Shown here: in pieces, positions 51,731 through 64,000 of the stretch | Numbering within the stretch: position 1 is the first letter of the stretch | Layout of the letters: each line of letters starts with the position of its first letter | From: Styela clava | Lineage: Eukaryota | Reading direction: 5' to 3' | Length of the DNA stretch: 64,000 nucleotides | Assembly: GCF_964204865.1 (NCBI RefSeq) | Contig: NC_135260.1 | Coordinates: forward strand, 5,642,001 to 5,706,000 | Made by a program: the position numbers and the translations under genes | The notes under the pieces: model-generated | Told to the model about the DNA's origin: nothing | Seen by the model: the letters and a program-made list of their open reading frames with translations, nothing else | The model's database searches: none

Positions 51731-53801
51731 ATGGATTCAAAAATAAAAATGATGACCTGCCAAAGCAGCATATGGATTCTCCTTGGTAAGAACATTTTCC
51801 ATATAGAATACTAATAGGATTTATTCATATTTATTCTGGAAGGGAGCAAATCATCTTGTCATGTGACAAATTATGGCCTCTCTGCCAGTTCCATGTTGGA
51901 TATGGGAAGAGTTAACTAGTTTATCTCCCACAATTATTCAGTACCAAAAGCAGCACATATTACCGAAATTCTAGATATAGTGCTCAAAAGTGGGCTTAAC
52001 CTGTTCTGGTAGGACAACAAATATCTTGTACCAGTCCATGAAAAACAATTGATTGAAGGTGAACGGTACAGATGCTATGAACACACAACTGCACCGATAT
52101 AGTAAAACTAGCAGTCAAAATGAAGAAATCCGAAATGATCTTTATATATTAATTGTGAATATTGAAAATATTACACCAATCTACAGTAAGCATAAATTAT
52201 ACAGAATGAGAAATGAATACCTTGTATATTTTTTTCAGCTATTATGATCAATGTGAATGAAGCATATCAATGCCCTAGTTGTCCCAAAATAACACTTGGA
52301 ACAGAGAACAAGAATATCACATATGGACCAAGTAATGAGCGGGACTGCCAATGTGATTGGACAATACCAACAAGTATGGCCACAGATCACGAAACTGCAG
52401 TTGTTCTGTTGTTACAAAATGTTTCATTGCCAATGACGGCTGGTAGTGGAAGTAGAGACTGCTCAGGAGAAATCAGATTTCCAGGTGAGTATTCAATACT
52501 CTTACGCAGGTAAAACTAGTTGTTGATGAAAATAAACTTTGTGCAGGTGCTAGTGGACACAGATGTGATTTTGCAAACAACCAGTGTATTGTTTTTACAA
52601 CTGAATCAACCATTTGTAACATGAACATAATCAGAGAGAAAATTCCAGTTGCAAATCACACCTGTGATTCAATCATTCCATGGAATAATGCTGGAGGAAG
52701 TCCATATAATGTACAATACTATTCCAGAGGCTATGTTGGTTACACAAAATACTTCACAATACAATATCTTGTGGTAGATTGTAGATCTTCAGCAACAACT
52801 TTTAAACCAAGTAAGTCATAAACAGCAAAAACATTCAGTTTAACAGTAAAACATCCAACACTAAAAATGAATCTTTTTTTTCTCAAAATACAGCAACAGC
52901 AAATGGATGGGAAACAACAACAAAGAATCCAATAGAAATTTCGACAACAGAAAAAACTGAACGGACTACAAAAAACAAAAGTAATAAAAGTTTATTTGTC
53001 GAAACAATAGCAATCATCCAATACACAATCATAGTCAAAATTATTATAAATTTTAGTTACCGAAGCTGAGCAGCGAACAACACAATCTGATTCCGGCATA
53101 ACTAATTCTCATTCCATATGTGATTTGGACAAAAACATCACCATCACCACGGGAATCAATGGAAGTTCTGATTCACTGATGATCGCAATTCCAGTTTCAG
53201 GAATAGTTGGTTTTATCTTTGGAGCTTTGTCAATGTCTTTCATACAAAGGTAAGAAGTAAAATAACAGTAGCAATATTTTCCCCTCGTTACTTTCAATTT
53301 GTATATTGCTTTTGAATATTGTTTTGAGAAATAGGCATAAGTCATTCCGGGTTTTGTTCGAATATGATTAAACAATATGCTATTAAATATTTTTAACCCA
53401 GGTATTGCAACAAGAACAAGAAGAAATTGAAGAACAAAGATTCAATGGAAATGGGAAGCATTCAACATCCAGAGCCAACTGTCCATAAACGAACAACATA
53501 TGAAAACTACACACCAACATCAGATGAAAGTGGATATGAAGTTCCGAATCAAGTTGATAATAAGAATGAACAAAGTGGATATGAAGTTCCGAATCAAGTT
53601 GATAACAAGAATGAACAAAGTGGATATGAAGTTCCGAATCAAGTTGATAACAAGAAGGAACAAAGTGGATATGAAGTTCTGAATCAAGTTGATAATAAGA
53701 ATGAACAAAGTGGATATGAAGTTCCGATTCAAGTTGATAACAAGAATGAACAACAATACAAAGTTATGACAACTGGAAAAGAATATGAATATGAGAATTA
53801 A
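51731..53801 (+). CDS. Copy 9: full-length receptor with a distinct first exon, 5 tail repeats (~414 aa)
   Basis: Exons 51731-51785 (MDSKIKMMTCQSSIWILL, 55 nt, gtaag donor; inferred), 52239-52484, 52547-52810, 52894-52980, 53057-53249, 53402-53801, open frame. Confidence 0.82.
53529..53753 (+). repeat. Coding 45-bp tandem repeat x5
   Basis: Same unit repeated five times in the tail exon of copy 9. Confidence 0.95.
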
Positions 53802-55475
53802 CAGCTCGGACAGATCCTTTTCCCAGTCACAAAACTTTGCCACAGAAATTTTGAAACATAAATTTTGGCAAAAATTTGAACTAAACTTTAATCAGCCCTA
53901 CTGAATCATTTAGAAGTTATTTACATCTGTAAAATATTCATTTACAAAATTTTACATATATTATACCAATTTACAGTTATCTGTAATTACTACTTTGAAA
54001 GAACTTTACATGCCCTGTTTTAACTGGGTGAAACTTTAGCTAAGCAGCTACTCAGCATATCATACCATGTGCATGAGTAGATTATCAATAGACCAATCGA
54101 GATCTCTTGCATGAGATGTCGAGACGACTATGCTTCTGAGGCATTAACAGTCTACTCACAATAAAAACTTAAATGTGAAATTACGAACAAACAAGCAAGA
54201 ACCACTGAATAACTAATTAATTAAGTAATTTCAAGTAATTACTGCTAAGTAGAAGTATATTTAAAACCCTTTCTTATTAAGGACCATTTGATAACCCACA
54301 AATGTCAGTATTTTTACAAGTTTCTTGATATCAATAAATTTGAAACTGATTTTAAATTCTAAGAATGACTTGCCTGATTTCTGATTTCTGTTTTGTTTCC
54401 TTTTTCAGTTTTCTCTTCTAACAATTATGTTGTCACACAGATTGTGTAAAATGAATGAAATAAATTATACATATGTCTGATATAGTTTGGAAGTTTTTAT
54501 AAGCAAAAGTCTGGTTAGTAAAGAAGATTTGTTCAATGAAAAAGGCAAGTTATATTCCAAGAAATCTTTCACTCTTATGAAGACTTAACCAAAATAGTAG
54601 AAAAGAAAAGTAAATCACAATAAGGATTGTTTTTCTTCATTTAAGAAGTAAGAAGAGTTATCAGTGGTTGTAATCACAAATCATAATAAAACAATAAAAC
54701 TCTAACTCTGATCAAAGCCTCATCTACTGAAATATATGACTGCTGAAATAAATAAAAAATATAATTTGCCAGTTTCCAACTTTACCAACTCCTTATCGTC
54801 AGTTGAAGGCAAATAAAAATAAATTTGATCTCAAAAGCTAAATAATCTACCTTTTATGGTAACTCAAGATATAGCCCCAACTTAAAATAAAGAAACACAT
54901 GAATTCATTGCCTAATCAAGCTACATTACTATAATTTAAACTAATAAACTGATAAGCACAAAATAATTGTCAGTATTACTAAAAAAACACTTCATCTTGC
55001 AATGTACGAATATCTGAAGATGTCGTACTTCCTGATTGTCGGTTGACATTCTGACACTTTCTCCACCTATGAGTGATAATTAAATTTCCTATAGACTCGA
55101 AATAAATATCTATAATCAGCAGTATTTGATGAAACAATCATCAGTAAGCATTACTAATAATTTTAGTTTCTATCATTAGACATAGAGGGAAACTCATTTG
55201 AATTATTTTTCCATGATTGATACGTTTGGACATCATTATTAGATTGAAATAAAAAATAAATTACAAGATGTTCCAATAACACTAAAATTGCAATTTCAAG
55301 TTTTGTTTGACTAGAAATCATCCATCAGATCAAACAGTTTCCAGCAATGTGGCTAACAAAGAAATCTCACTTAAACTTTACAGTAGGTTTGACATCACAA
55401 ATGTTTTTTTCCAAAACGGCCCAAAAGAGTATTTTCTCATTTCAGAACAGCACTCAGTCTTATAGTTGAGTAATC

Positions 55476-55656
55476 AGTACTGGCATAGTATATGTACCAG
55501 CTTAGGGTTAGGCCATAATTTTATTCCAATTTCCCTTATTTTATATCTATTACAAGTTCGGAGACTATCTGGTTTCAGTGCCTTTATACAACTTGATGTA
55601 AAGTAGGCGAACAAAATTAGTTACCTCCATATTGGTACATATACTTCTGGAGCGCC
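55476..55656. mobile_element. Merlin-like MITE upstream of copy 10, internally deleted
   Basis: Same element and insertion site, gagtaatc on both sides. Confidence 0.7.
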
Positions 55657-56124
55657 GAGTAATCTATAGATATATCAATAAGTAAGTATATTAGCAATTC
55701 CAAATAATATTCATCAACCACTAGCAACTGACCTGTTTAATGACTGTTCGACCTATGAATCAAATGTTTTAAAATGTAACAAGGAAAATCTTACACTCCT
55801 ATACAAATGACAAACAATAATGCATGGCACAAGTATATCGCCTTTATGTGGTAATGATATTTCCCACGTCATTAATCATAATATTAATATAAGTCAGTAA
55901 TCATTACGTAGTAGCAACATAAGGAGGTGTTTAACAGTCACTGATTCACATTAACAAGGAGAGATTCTGAATATAAATCAGAAGCTTGTTACATGGTTGA
56001 GACAGGTCATGTATTTTGTCAGTTAGACTTTGTCTTTATCTATGTTAGTACTGTGTAATGAATGGAGTGATTGAAGAAACAAAGCAAAGAGAAGTTTAAA
56101 GGAGTTACTGAAGATAAACTCAAC

Positions 56125-58537
56125 ATGTGGAGACATTCAAATCTCTTCAATTGCAAATGGTTGTTTATGCAGATAATTGGTGAGATCTTACTTGCATAAA
56201 AGTTACACATAAACAAATAAGTTCCAAATCAACAAATAAATGTAATTTGTTAACCAAAAACATAATACCCAATGAATTCTCATCCAAATTTAACCATGAA
56301 ACAATAATTTAATTATAATATTAGATTTACATTATTATTAGACTGCACAATTATTTAAAAACAAGAATAATAGAGTTTTATACATTATAACGTTTAAACC
56401 CTGTAACAAGATAGAGGAAATATCAATTGTATAAGTATAAGCACGCTTTTAGCTTTATGACCCGCAAAAACATTTGCAGAATTTTTGAATGTGATTGAAA
56501 AACTTATTTCTTTATAGTGCTTAGCATCAGTCGGAATGAAGCGGCACCCTGCACTGATTGCTCCAATGAAATACTTGGAACAGAGAGCAAGAATATCACA
56601 TATGGACCAAGTAATGAACACAATTGCAACTGTGATTGGACAATACCAGAAGCTATGGACACAGATCATGAAACAGATCATGTTGTTGTTCTGTTGTTAA
56701 AAAATTTTTCATTACCGAGGACAACTGGTAGTGGAAGTACACGCTGCTCTGGAGAAATCAGATTCCCGAGTAAGTGTTCAATACAATACAAGTGTTCAGT
56801 AAAGTAATTAAAAACACATGATGCTTCACTTGTTAGAGCAATATAATTGTTCTACAAGTATCAAATGGTCTGGGATAATTGTAATTAACTCAACAATACT
56901 AATGTAATTTATGCAGGCACTGATGGATACAAATGTGAATTTGCAAGCAACTACTGTCTTGTATTCGAAACTACATCAACCACTTGCAACATCAACAAAA
57001 TCAGAGAGAAAATTCCAGTTGCAAATCACACCTGTGATTCAATCATCCCATGGAATAGAGTTGGAGGAAGCCCATACAAGATACAATACTATGCAGGAAA
57101 CTTTGCTGGTTACTCAAAATACTTTACAATACAATATCTTGTGGTAGATTGCAGACCAACAACCACACCTGCAATCAGTGAGTAATTTCATTTTTTATCT
57201 AATGCTTAATCATGTCTTATGCTCAAGTAATCACAGATATACCAATCTATAAAGAACCATATTTATAACACCCTGTTGAGGTGGTTAGATGGGGGGAACC
57301 TGAGATGTGTAACGTACAACAGGAGTGGGCAAGGTTTTTGGACTAGAGGCCAGAAATTTTGCCCAACTTGAATGACGGGCCATGTTAGTATAACGCGAAA
57401 AGTTACATTTTATGAACGATACTTAGTGTTACAAAAGCAAAAGTGGAAAACAATAAGCCTTATGCCAAAACTAAATTAATCGCAATCTAAACAAATTCTT
57501 TGAACTATTTTTTAGCTAAAATATCAAAAATTTAAAAATTTAGTTTCAGTTTGGTTATGGCAGCATCAGGTGGAACAAATTAAATTACCAAACGATCCAG
57601 ATTTGGCCCGCGGGCTGTAGTTTGCCCATGTCAGTCCTACAATGTCAACACAGTTCAAGTGTAACACTTTAACCACTAGGGCCAGGCGACCATGCCCAAA
57701 TTGCTCTTGTTGAACGAAATAACTCAATTTCAGGATGTAAGAATCAAACTTTTATTACAAAATTTTAGCAACGGTAACTGAGCAAGCAACAACAATAGCA
57801 ACTCATCAAAAAGATACATCATCTTATAAAACATACTTCAACTCAACCAGTGAATCAACCAGAACATCTGGCAACGTTCAATGTTCAACTGAAAATAGTG
57901 AATGCTGCAGCTGCCAAACGGCACTGATCATTGCTATCGCAGTATCAGGAATTGTGAGTTTGATCGTTGGAGCTTTGTTGATGTTCATAATACTAAGGTA
58001 AGCGTAGATAGGAAGCATAGATAAATGTCGATGGAAATGCATGAATTTACAAGTCCACCAAGAACTGCGCAATCCATCATGTATAAAAATATTTGACAAT
58101 AACAAAACATTTGGTATGAAAATGTTGCAATTTGCAAACTTATAGGTTTCATGATATACTTTTTGATAGATTTTTTGAGTCAACAACTACAGTTTCGGAT
58201 CCAGTTCCATCTAAAATTCCAAACTATCATTTCGTCGTAGATCCAGTGAGATGAAGAAGCAGATATTAAACCAAATACATGCATCTATCAACTAACTTAT
58301 ATTTTATCAAACACCAGGTATTGCAACAACAACAACAAGAAACCGAAGAACAAAGATTCAATGGAAATGGGAAGCATTCAACATCAGCAGCCAACTGTCC
58401 ATGAACGAACAACATATGAAAACTACACACCAACATCAGAGGAAAGTGGATATGCAATTCCGGATCAAGTTGATAAAAAGAATGAACAACAATATGAGGT
58501 TATAACAACTGGAAAAGAATATCAATATGACAATTAA
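56125..58537 (+). CDS. Copy 10: CUB-like membrane receptor, full length (~338 aa)
   Basis: Exons 56125-56179, 56518-56769, 56917-57177, 57769-57997, 58318-58537, open frame. Tail unit reads SGYAIP. Confidence 0.88.
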
Positions 58538-59994
58538 CAGCTCGGACAGATTCTTTTCCCAGTCACAAAACCATGCCACAGAAATTTCGGCAAAAAATGA
58601 ACTGGACTTTTTTCAGCTCTACTGAACAATTTAGCAGTTGTTTGCATCTGTAATATATTCATCAGCATTATTCTAACATGTATTATTTCAATTTACAATT
58701 ATACAATTATTCTCTGACATATATTATATTAATTTACAATCAACTATAATTAATATTTTCGAATAACTTTTCCATGCAATGCCTTATCTGGAAAAATTTC
58801 TAGTCTTAGCAGCCACTCAGCATATTCTACTAATATAGCTAATCTGTGAGTGAGTGTGCATGAGTAGATAACCAATGGACTAATCAAGATCTTTTACATG
58901 AGATGTCAAGATGACAATGCTAATGAGACAAACTCAAGAGAGAAATTACAAATAAACACTGAAGAACCACTGAATAATTAATCTGTAACATTTACTTCAA
59001 GGAACAACTGCTGAGTAGAAATGTCAATTTACAATCATTTCTCATCTAGGACCATCTGATTACTGACAAAAGTCAGTATTTTTACAAGTTTCTTAATAGC
59101 ATTAATTTGAAAATACCTCTATATTCTGAGAAAACTTGCTTGATTCCGATTTCTTTTTTTGTTTCTTTTTGATTTTATAAACTTCGACATCTAAAGTCTA
59201 TGTTGTCCCAAAGATTCTGCAAAATGAATAAAATAAATTATACAGTTCTCAAATAAACTATTCACAAAAGTCTTCTTCTGGATTGTAAGTTCGATTTATT
59301 CAATGTAAGAAGCAGGTCATATTATAAACAATTTTCGCTCCAATTAGGGCTGTAGACAAGCACTCATTGAATTATGAAAATACAACCTAATTACATATCT
59401 TTGTAGTTAGAATACTATAATAACTTGTTACCCAAACTCATGTTACAAACTATATCTCTCTAGCAAAAGCAATATAAAACAGCCAGTGAGATATATGAGA
59501 CCGCTGATATCATAAACAGCATAATCCTTGCAGTTCAGCAAGCTCTAAACAATACGTAACCAAAAAGAATAAGTTTAGGAATGAATTGTTAATAGGAATA
59601 TAATGAGAATTGGAAGCCATGATGCCCAAACTAATCTAACAGGTAGAAACGTGTCCATACAATATTGTATACCCCCTTTTTAAAAAAATCAATATAGATT
59701 GGGGAGCAGGGCAATGTGTTCACTCATGTCCGAATTATGCTAGAGGAGAAAGGAGCAAAATTTATAGATACCAATTTTTTCGATTACAAGGGAAATAAAT
59801 ATGACTCATTAGTGAGATAATCTACCATTTGTGGTGACTGTGGATATGGCCCACCCAAAACACACCCACTTTTAAAAAACTATTAAATCCTTATAGGCAG
59901 ATTGGAAGATTAAGCATGAGAATCCCAACAAATTAAAATAGGGAATACCATAGGTATTTACACAATAATTGATTGAATGGTTCACTGGGTAGAA

Positions 59995-60612
59995 CAGTGG
60001 TTCCAAACCCTTTTTCTAAATTACCCATTTCCATTTTGAAGAGGGTTTTCATTTTCCACATACTAAGGAATCCCATAAAATTTGGTAAAACTTTGTTTAA
60101 TTGTGTGTGGAAATCGAGAACCCTAGTCTGTTTGAGGCATTTGTATTAAAGCTTTTGTAAAAGCTTGTGGTTAAAGGGAAAAGTAGCAACATGTTTACAA
60201 GAAGTTTCTTCAAAATCTTAAGTAATTGTTGGGGTACTCCTGCATTATATGTACCAACTACCAGGTTAGGGTTAGACCATAATTTTATTCCAATTTTCCT
60301 TATTTTAGTTCTATTACGAGTACGGTGAACTTTTTATGTTAGCCAAGTGAATATATAACTCCTGCCCACAGGGGTCCGTCTCTTTATACAACTTGATGTT
60401 GAGTAGGCGAACGAAATTAGTTACCGCCATATTGGTACACACTACACATACAAAGCCCTTGTTGCCACCATGGCCATCTTTCTTTGCTCAGTGTTATGAT
60501 TTTCATTGTCTAATAATATCAATTGAGTTTACTAAACAATTACGTTTATTCCCCACAAGAAACTCCTTAATTTCTCACAAGTGAGGAATTATCCACCGGT
60601 TGGGAACCACTG
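59995..60612. mobile_element. hAT-like MITE with a nested, truncated Merlin-like MITE (~60233-60445)
   Basis: Ends cagtggttccaaacc and ggttgggaaccactg, degenerate TSD gggtagaa/gtgttgaa. Confidence 0.7.
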
Positions 60613-61613
60613 GTGTTGAAGTTTAACTGCCATATAGAAAACATAAAGAACCACCTCAAGTTATTCCATGCTCTATGATTTGAGCCCAGATTATCAGAAA
60701 ATTGATATTTTAAATCCATTGTTTAAGTACCGGTACATTTTAAATTAATGTAAACGCATTATTCATAAATAATTGTTAATATCAATAAAAAGAAATATGT
60801 CTTGCAATGTAAGAATATCTGAAGATATACTTCCTGATAGTCAGTTGACATTTTGACACTTTATTCACCTATAAGTCACAATTCAACTCCCTATAAACCA
60901 GAAACAATAAAATGAAACAAATATCATAAAAATTTCATGAATAGATTTACTCCTTTAGGAAGGTTTCCAGTAAATTAATCATTTGACAGTTTTTTTACCT
61001 ACGAGTAGTAATTCAACATTTTGTATATCATCATCGGCCGTGGTATACATGGTATACTGAAAGATTACTATAGTCAGCACTAGATAAGAGGTTAATACTC
61101 AGCATCAGTAGAGTTCTGAGCTGCCAGGAATTGCAAGAAAGTATGCAAGGTTCAAGACTCATCATAATGATAAACCATCAACCAATAGTAACCAAACTGT
61201 GTCAAAATTAGTAAGAACTAGTTGGTCTATGACTCAAAAGTCAGATTTATAGCAAAGAAATTGCTATGCTCCTATACGAATGAAAAACATTACAAAATGC
61301 CAAGATAATACATGACACAAGCAGATTATCACAATGTTGTAATAATATTTCGCCCACATTCTCAATTATAATAATAAATATAAGTCAGTAATCATCATTA
61401 CGTAGTAGCAACCAACGAGAGGTGTTTCACAGTCACTGATTCACATTAACAAGGAGAGATTCTGAATATAAATCAGATGGTTGTTACATGAAGTGTTGAG
61501 ACAGGTCTTGTATTTTGTCAGTTGGATTTTGTCTTTATCTATGTTAGTACTGAGTAATGATTTAAGTGATTGATAAAACAAAGTTTAAAGAAGCTTCTGA
61601 AGATAAACTCAAC

Positions 61614-63498
61614 ATGTGGAAATATTCCAAATTATTCAAATGCAAATGGTTGTTTATGCAGATAATTGGTGAGATCTTACTTACATTAAGTTTAGTAACA
61701 CATTCTGCTGTTACACAATCAACTGTGATGGGTATTATTAGTTGGTATTCGAAAGTTTCAAATTATTTACAATTACAGTAATTTGAAATTGTCTCATCAA
61801 ATTATGATAACAACTTCTTTAAAATCAAATCGCGGACAATTGAGGTTATTCAACTTTTGTTTTCAAAACATATTACACATCCAGATTCAATATAAAAATA
61901 TTATATAATTTCAACTATTTTGTCTTTCGAATACCTCGAATGTTTAAAAAAGGAATAATTAAGTTTTATACAATTATTCATGGATTTAAGAATCTGTAAT
62001 ACAATTGAAAAAGTATTATAAAATATATTTGATTTATAAATGTGTTTTAAAATTCGTAGTATTTTAAAAAAAAAAGGGTATATTGCAAATGAATAACTCA
62101 ATTCCTTTTTAGCATTTGGTATTGGTCTGAATGAAGCAGCACAATGCACTGACTGTCCAACTACAAAACTTGGAACAGAGAGCAAGAGTATCACATATGG
62201 ACCAATTTATAAATACAACTGCTGGTGTGATTGGACAATACCAACAAGTATTGAGACAGATCATGAAACAGCAGTTGTTCTGTTGTTGCAGAATGTTTCA
62301 CTGCCATTGACAACTGGTAGTGGACATACAGACTGCTCTGGAGAAATCAGATTCCCAAGTTAGATATATTTTAAAACTACTCAACTATTACTACACTACT
62401 ACGTTATATACAATTCTAATATACAGAAACAATTAACAAAAAAAAACATTAATACCGGTAAATACAAAATTGTATCAATGCTTTTACAGGCACTGATGGA
62501 TACAAATGTGAATTTGCAATCAACTACTGTCTTGTATTTGCAACTGCAGTAACCATTTGCAATATCAACAAAATCAGAGAGAAAATTCCAGTTGCAAATC
62601 ACACCTGTGATTCAATTATTCCATGGAATAAAGCTGGAGGAAGTCCATATGAGATACAATACTATGCAGCAAACCGTGCTGATTACTCAAAATACTTCAC
62701 AATACAATATCTTGTAATAGATTGCACACCAACAACATCTGCACTGAGTGAGTAATTTTTTTTTTATGCAATGCCTAATCATGTCTTATGCTCAAGTAAT
62801 CACAGATATAGCAATCTATAAAGAACCATATTTATCACACCCGGGTGAGGTGGTGGGATGGGGGAACCTGAGATGTGTAACGTACAACAGGAGTGGGCAA
62901 GGTTTTTGGACTAGGGGCCAGAAAGTTTGCCCACCTAGAATGACGGACCATGTAAGTATAACGTGAAAAGTTACATTTTATGAACGATACTTAGTGTTAC
63001 AAAAGCAAAAGTGGAAAACAATAAGCCTCGTGCCAAAACTAAATTAATCGTTTTAGTTTGGTTATGGCAGCATCAGGTGGGACAAATTAAACTACCAAAT
63101 AAGCCGGATTTAGTCCGCGGGCTGTAGTTTGCCCATGTCGGTCTTACAATGTCAACACAGTTTAAGTGTAACACCTTAACCACTAGGGTCAGGCGACCAT
63201 GCCCATATTGCTCTTGTTGAACAATATAACTCAATTTCAGGATGTGAGAATCAAACTTTTATTACAAAATTTTAGCCACGATAACTGAGCAAGCAACAAC
63301 AACTCATCCAAAAAATACATCATCTGATAAAATATACTTTGATTCAACCACTAAATCAACCAGAACATCTGGCAAAACTCAAAGTCCTATTAAAGACTGT
63401 GAATGCGACAGCACTGAAACATCACTGATCATTGCTATTCCAGTATCAGGAATTGCGGGTTTGACCATTGGAGTTTTGTTGACACTCATAATACCAAA
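61614..63498 (+). CDS. Copy 11: CUB-like membrane receptor, partial (tail exon expected beyond the window)
   Basis: Exons 61614-61668, 62113-62358 (weak gttaga donor), 62490-62747, 63276-63498, open frame. The following intron resembles the last intron of copy 4. Confidence 0.8.
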
Positions 63499-64000
63499 GT
63501 AAGCATAGATGTTATAAATTATATGAATAACATTCATGCGCACAGTTACTCAAGTATGCTTGAATACAAGATATTAACAAAGTATTCAACCCAGTACTGT
63601 TAAGTCAGTTATATTCTTCATCTTCTGATTGTAAGACGATCAAAATTCTAACCCAGTCCAGTCTCAAGCTGCTAACCATGAGTTGACAAGATTTTGACCT
63701 CAACTCTCAACTCCACAAATAATAAAAATACCCACTGATTCTATCGCCTGATGTCTATTTTCTATTGAATCAAGTTGATTCGAAGTTTCAATCTAATTCA
63801 AAGTTTAAAGAAAAAACATAGTACTGAATCCAGATACTGCTGGATGACAATACTTTAACTATGGACACTGTGGAATTTGCAAACACTCTTAGTTTCATTT
63901 AAAAACGCTTATAACGATAGAATCTTGCAAACTCATTTCTTTAATAAAAACGACCATGTTTTCGATAACAGCCTCAAATACTGAATTCAAGTTTTTGTGT

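Noticed and set aside
1-64000. Assignment to a named gene (Alr1/2, fester, FuHC, Themis) or to a species
   Set aside because: The domain architecture does not match those genes as I know them. Short AT-rich introns and the repeat content are compatible with an ascidian or other marine invertebrate, but this cannot be established without a search.

Overview
AT-rich eukaryotic (invertebrate metazoan) genomic DNA with GT-AG introns. The window is a head-to-tail tandem array of 11 copies of one spliced gene family on the + strand (copy 11 runs off the end, and the window start matches the region downstream of copies 3 and 5, so the array probably continues upstream). The ORF track only shows fragments. 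Joining the exons by hand gives a type I membrane receptor: signal peptide (55-nt exon 1), a divergent 10-Cys CUB-like domain (exons 2-3), a Ser/Thr stalk, a transmembrane (TM) helix with a small-xxx-small zipper, and a Tyr-motif tail (YENY, a variable number of 15-aa SGYEVPxxVDNKNEQ units, YEV/II, YQYD/EN). Copies differ in domain content: full-length (1, 2, 4, 9, 10 and probably 11), CUB-deleted in frame (3, 5), truncated with no TM (6), tail-less (7) and frameshifted (8). The ectodomain loops are hypervariable and the copies are mosaics of each other. This looks like a diversifying immune or allorecognition-type receptor cluster; that function is inference, and I recognise no gene symbol. 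Intergenic and intronic DNA holds many non-autonomous DNA transposons (hAT-like and Merlin-like, several with clean target-site duplications, TSDs), a 5.4-kb hAT-like insertion, a Penelope/retrozyme-like hammerhead motif overlapping a perfect 65-bp inverted repeat, an inverted copy of the 5'UTR and a degenerate ~185-bp tandem repeat. All coordinates were counted by hand and no database searches were run.
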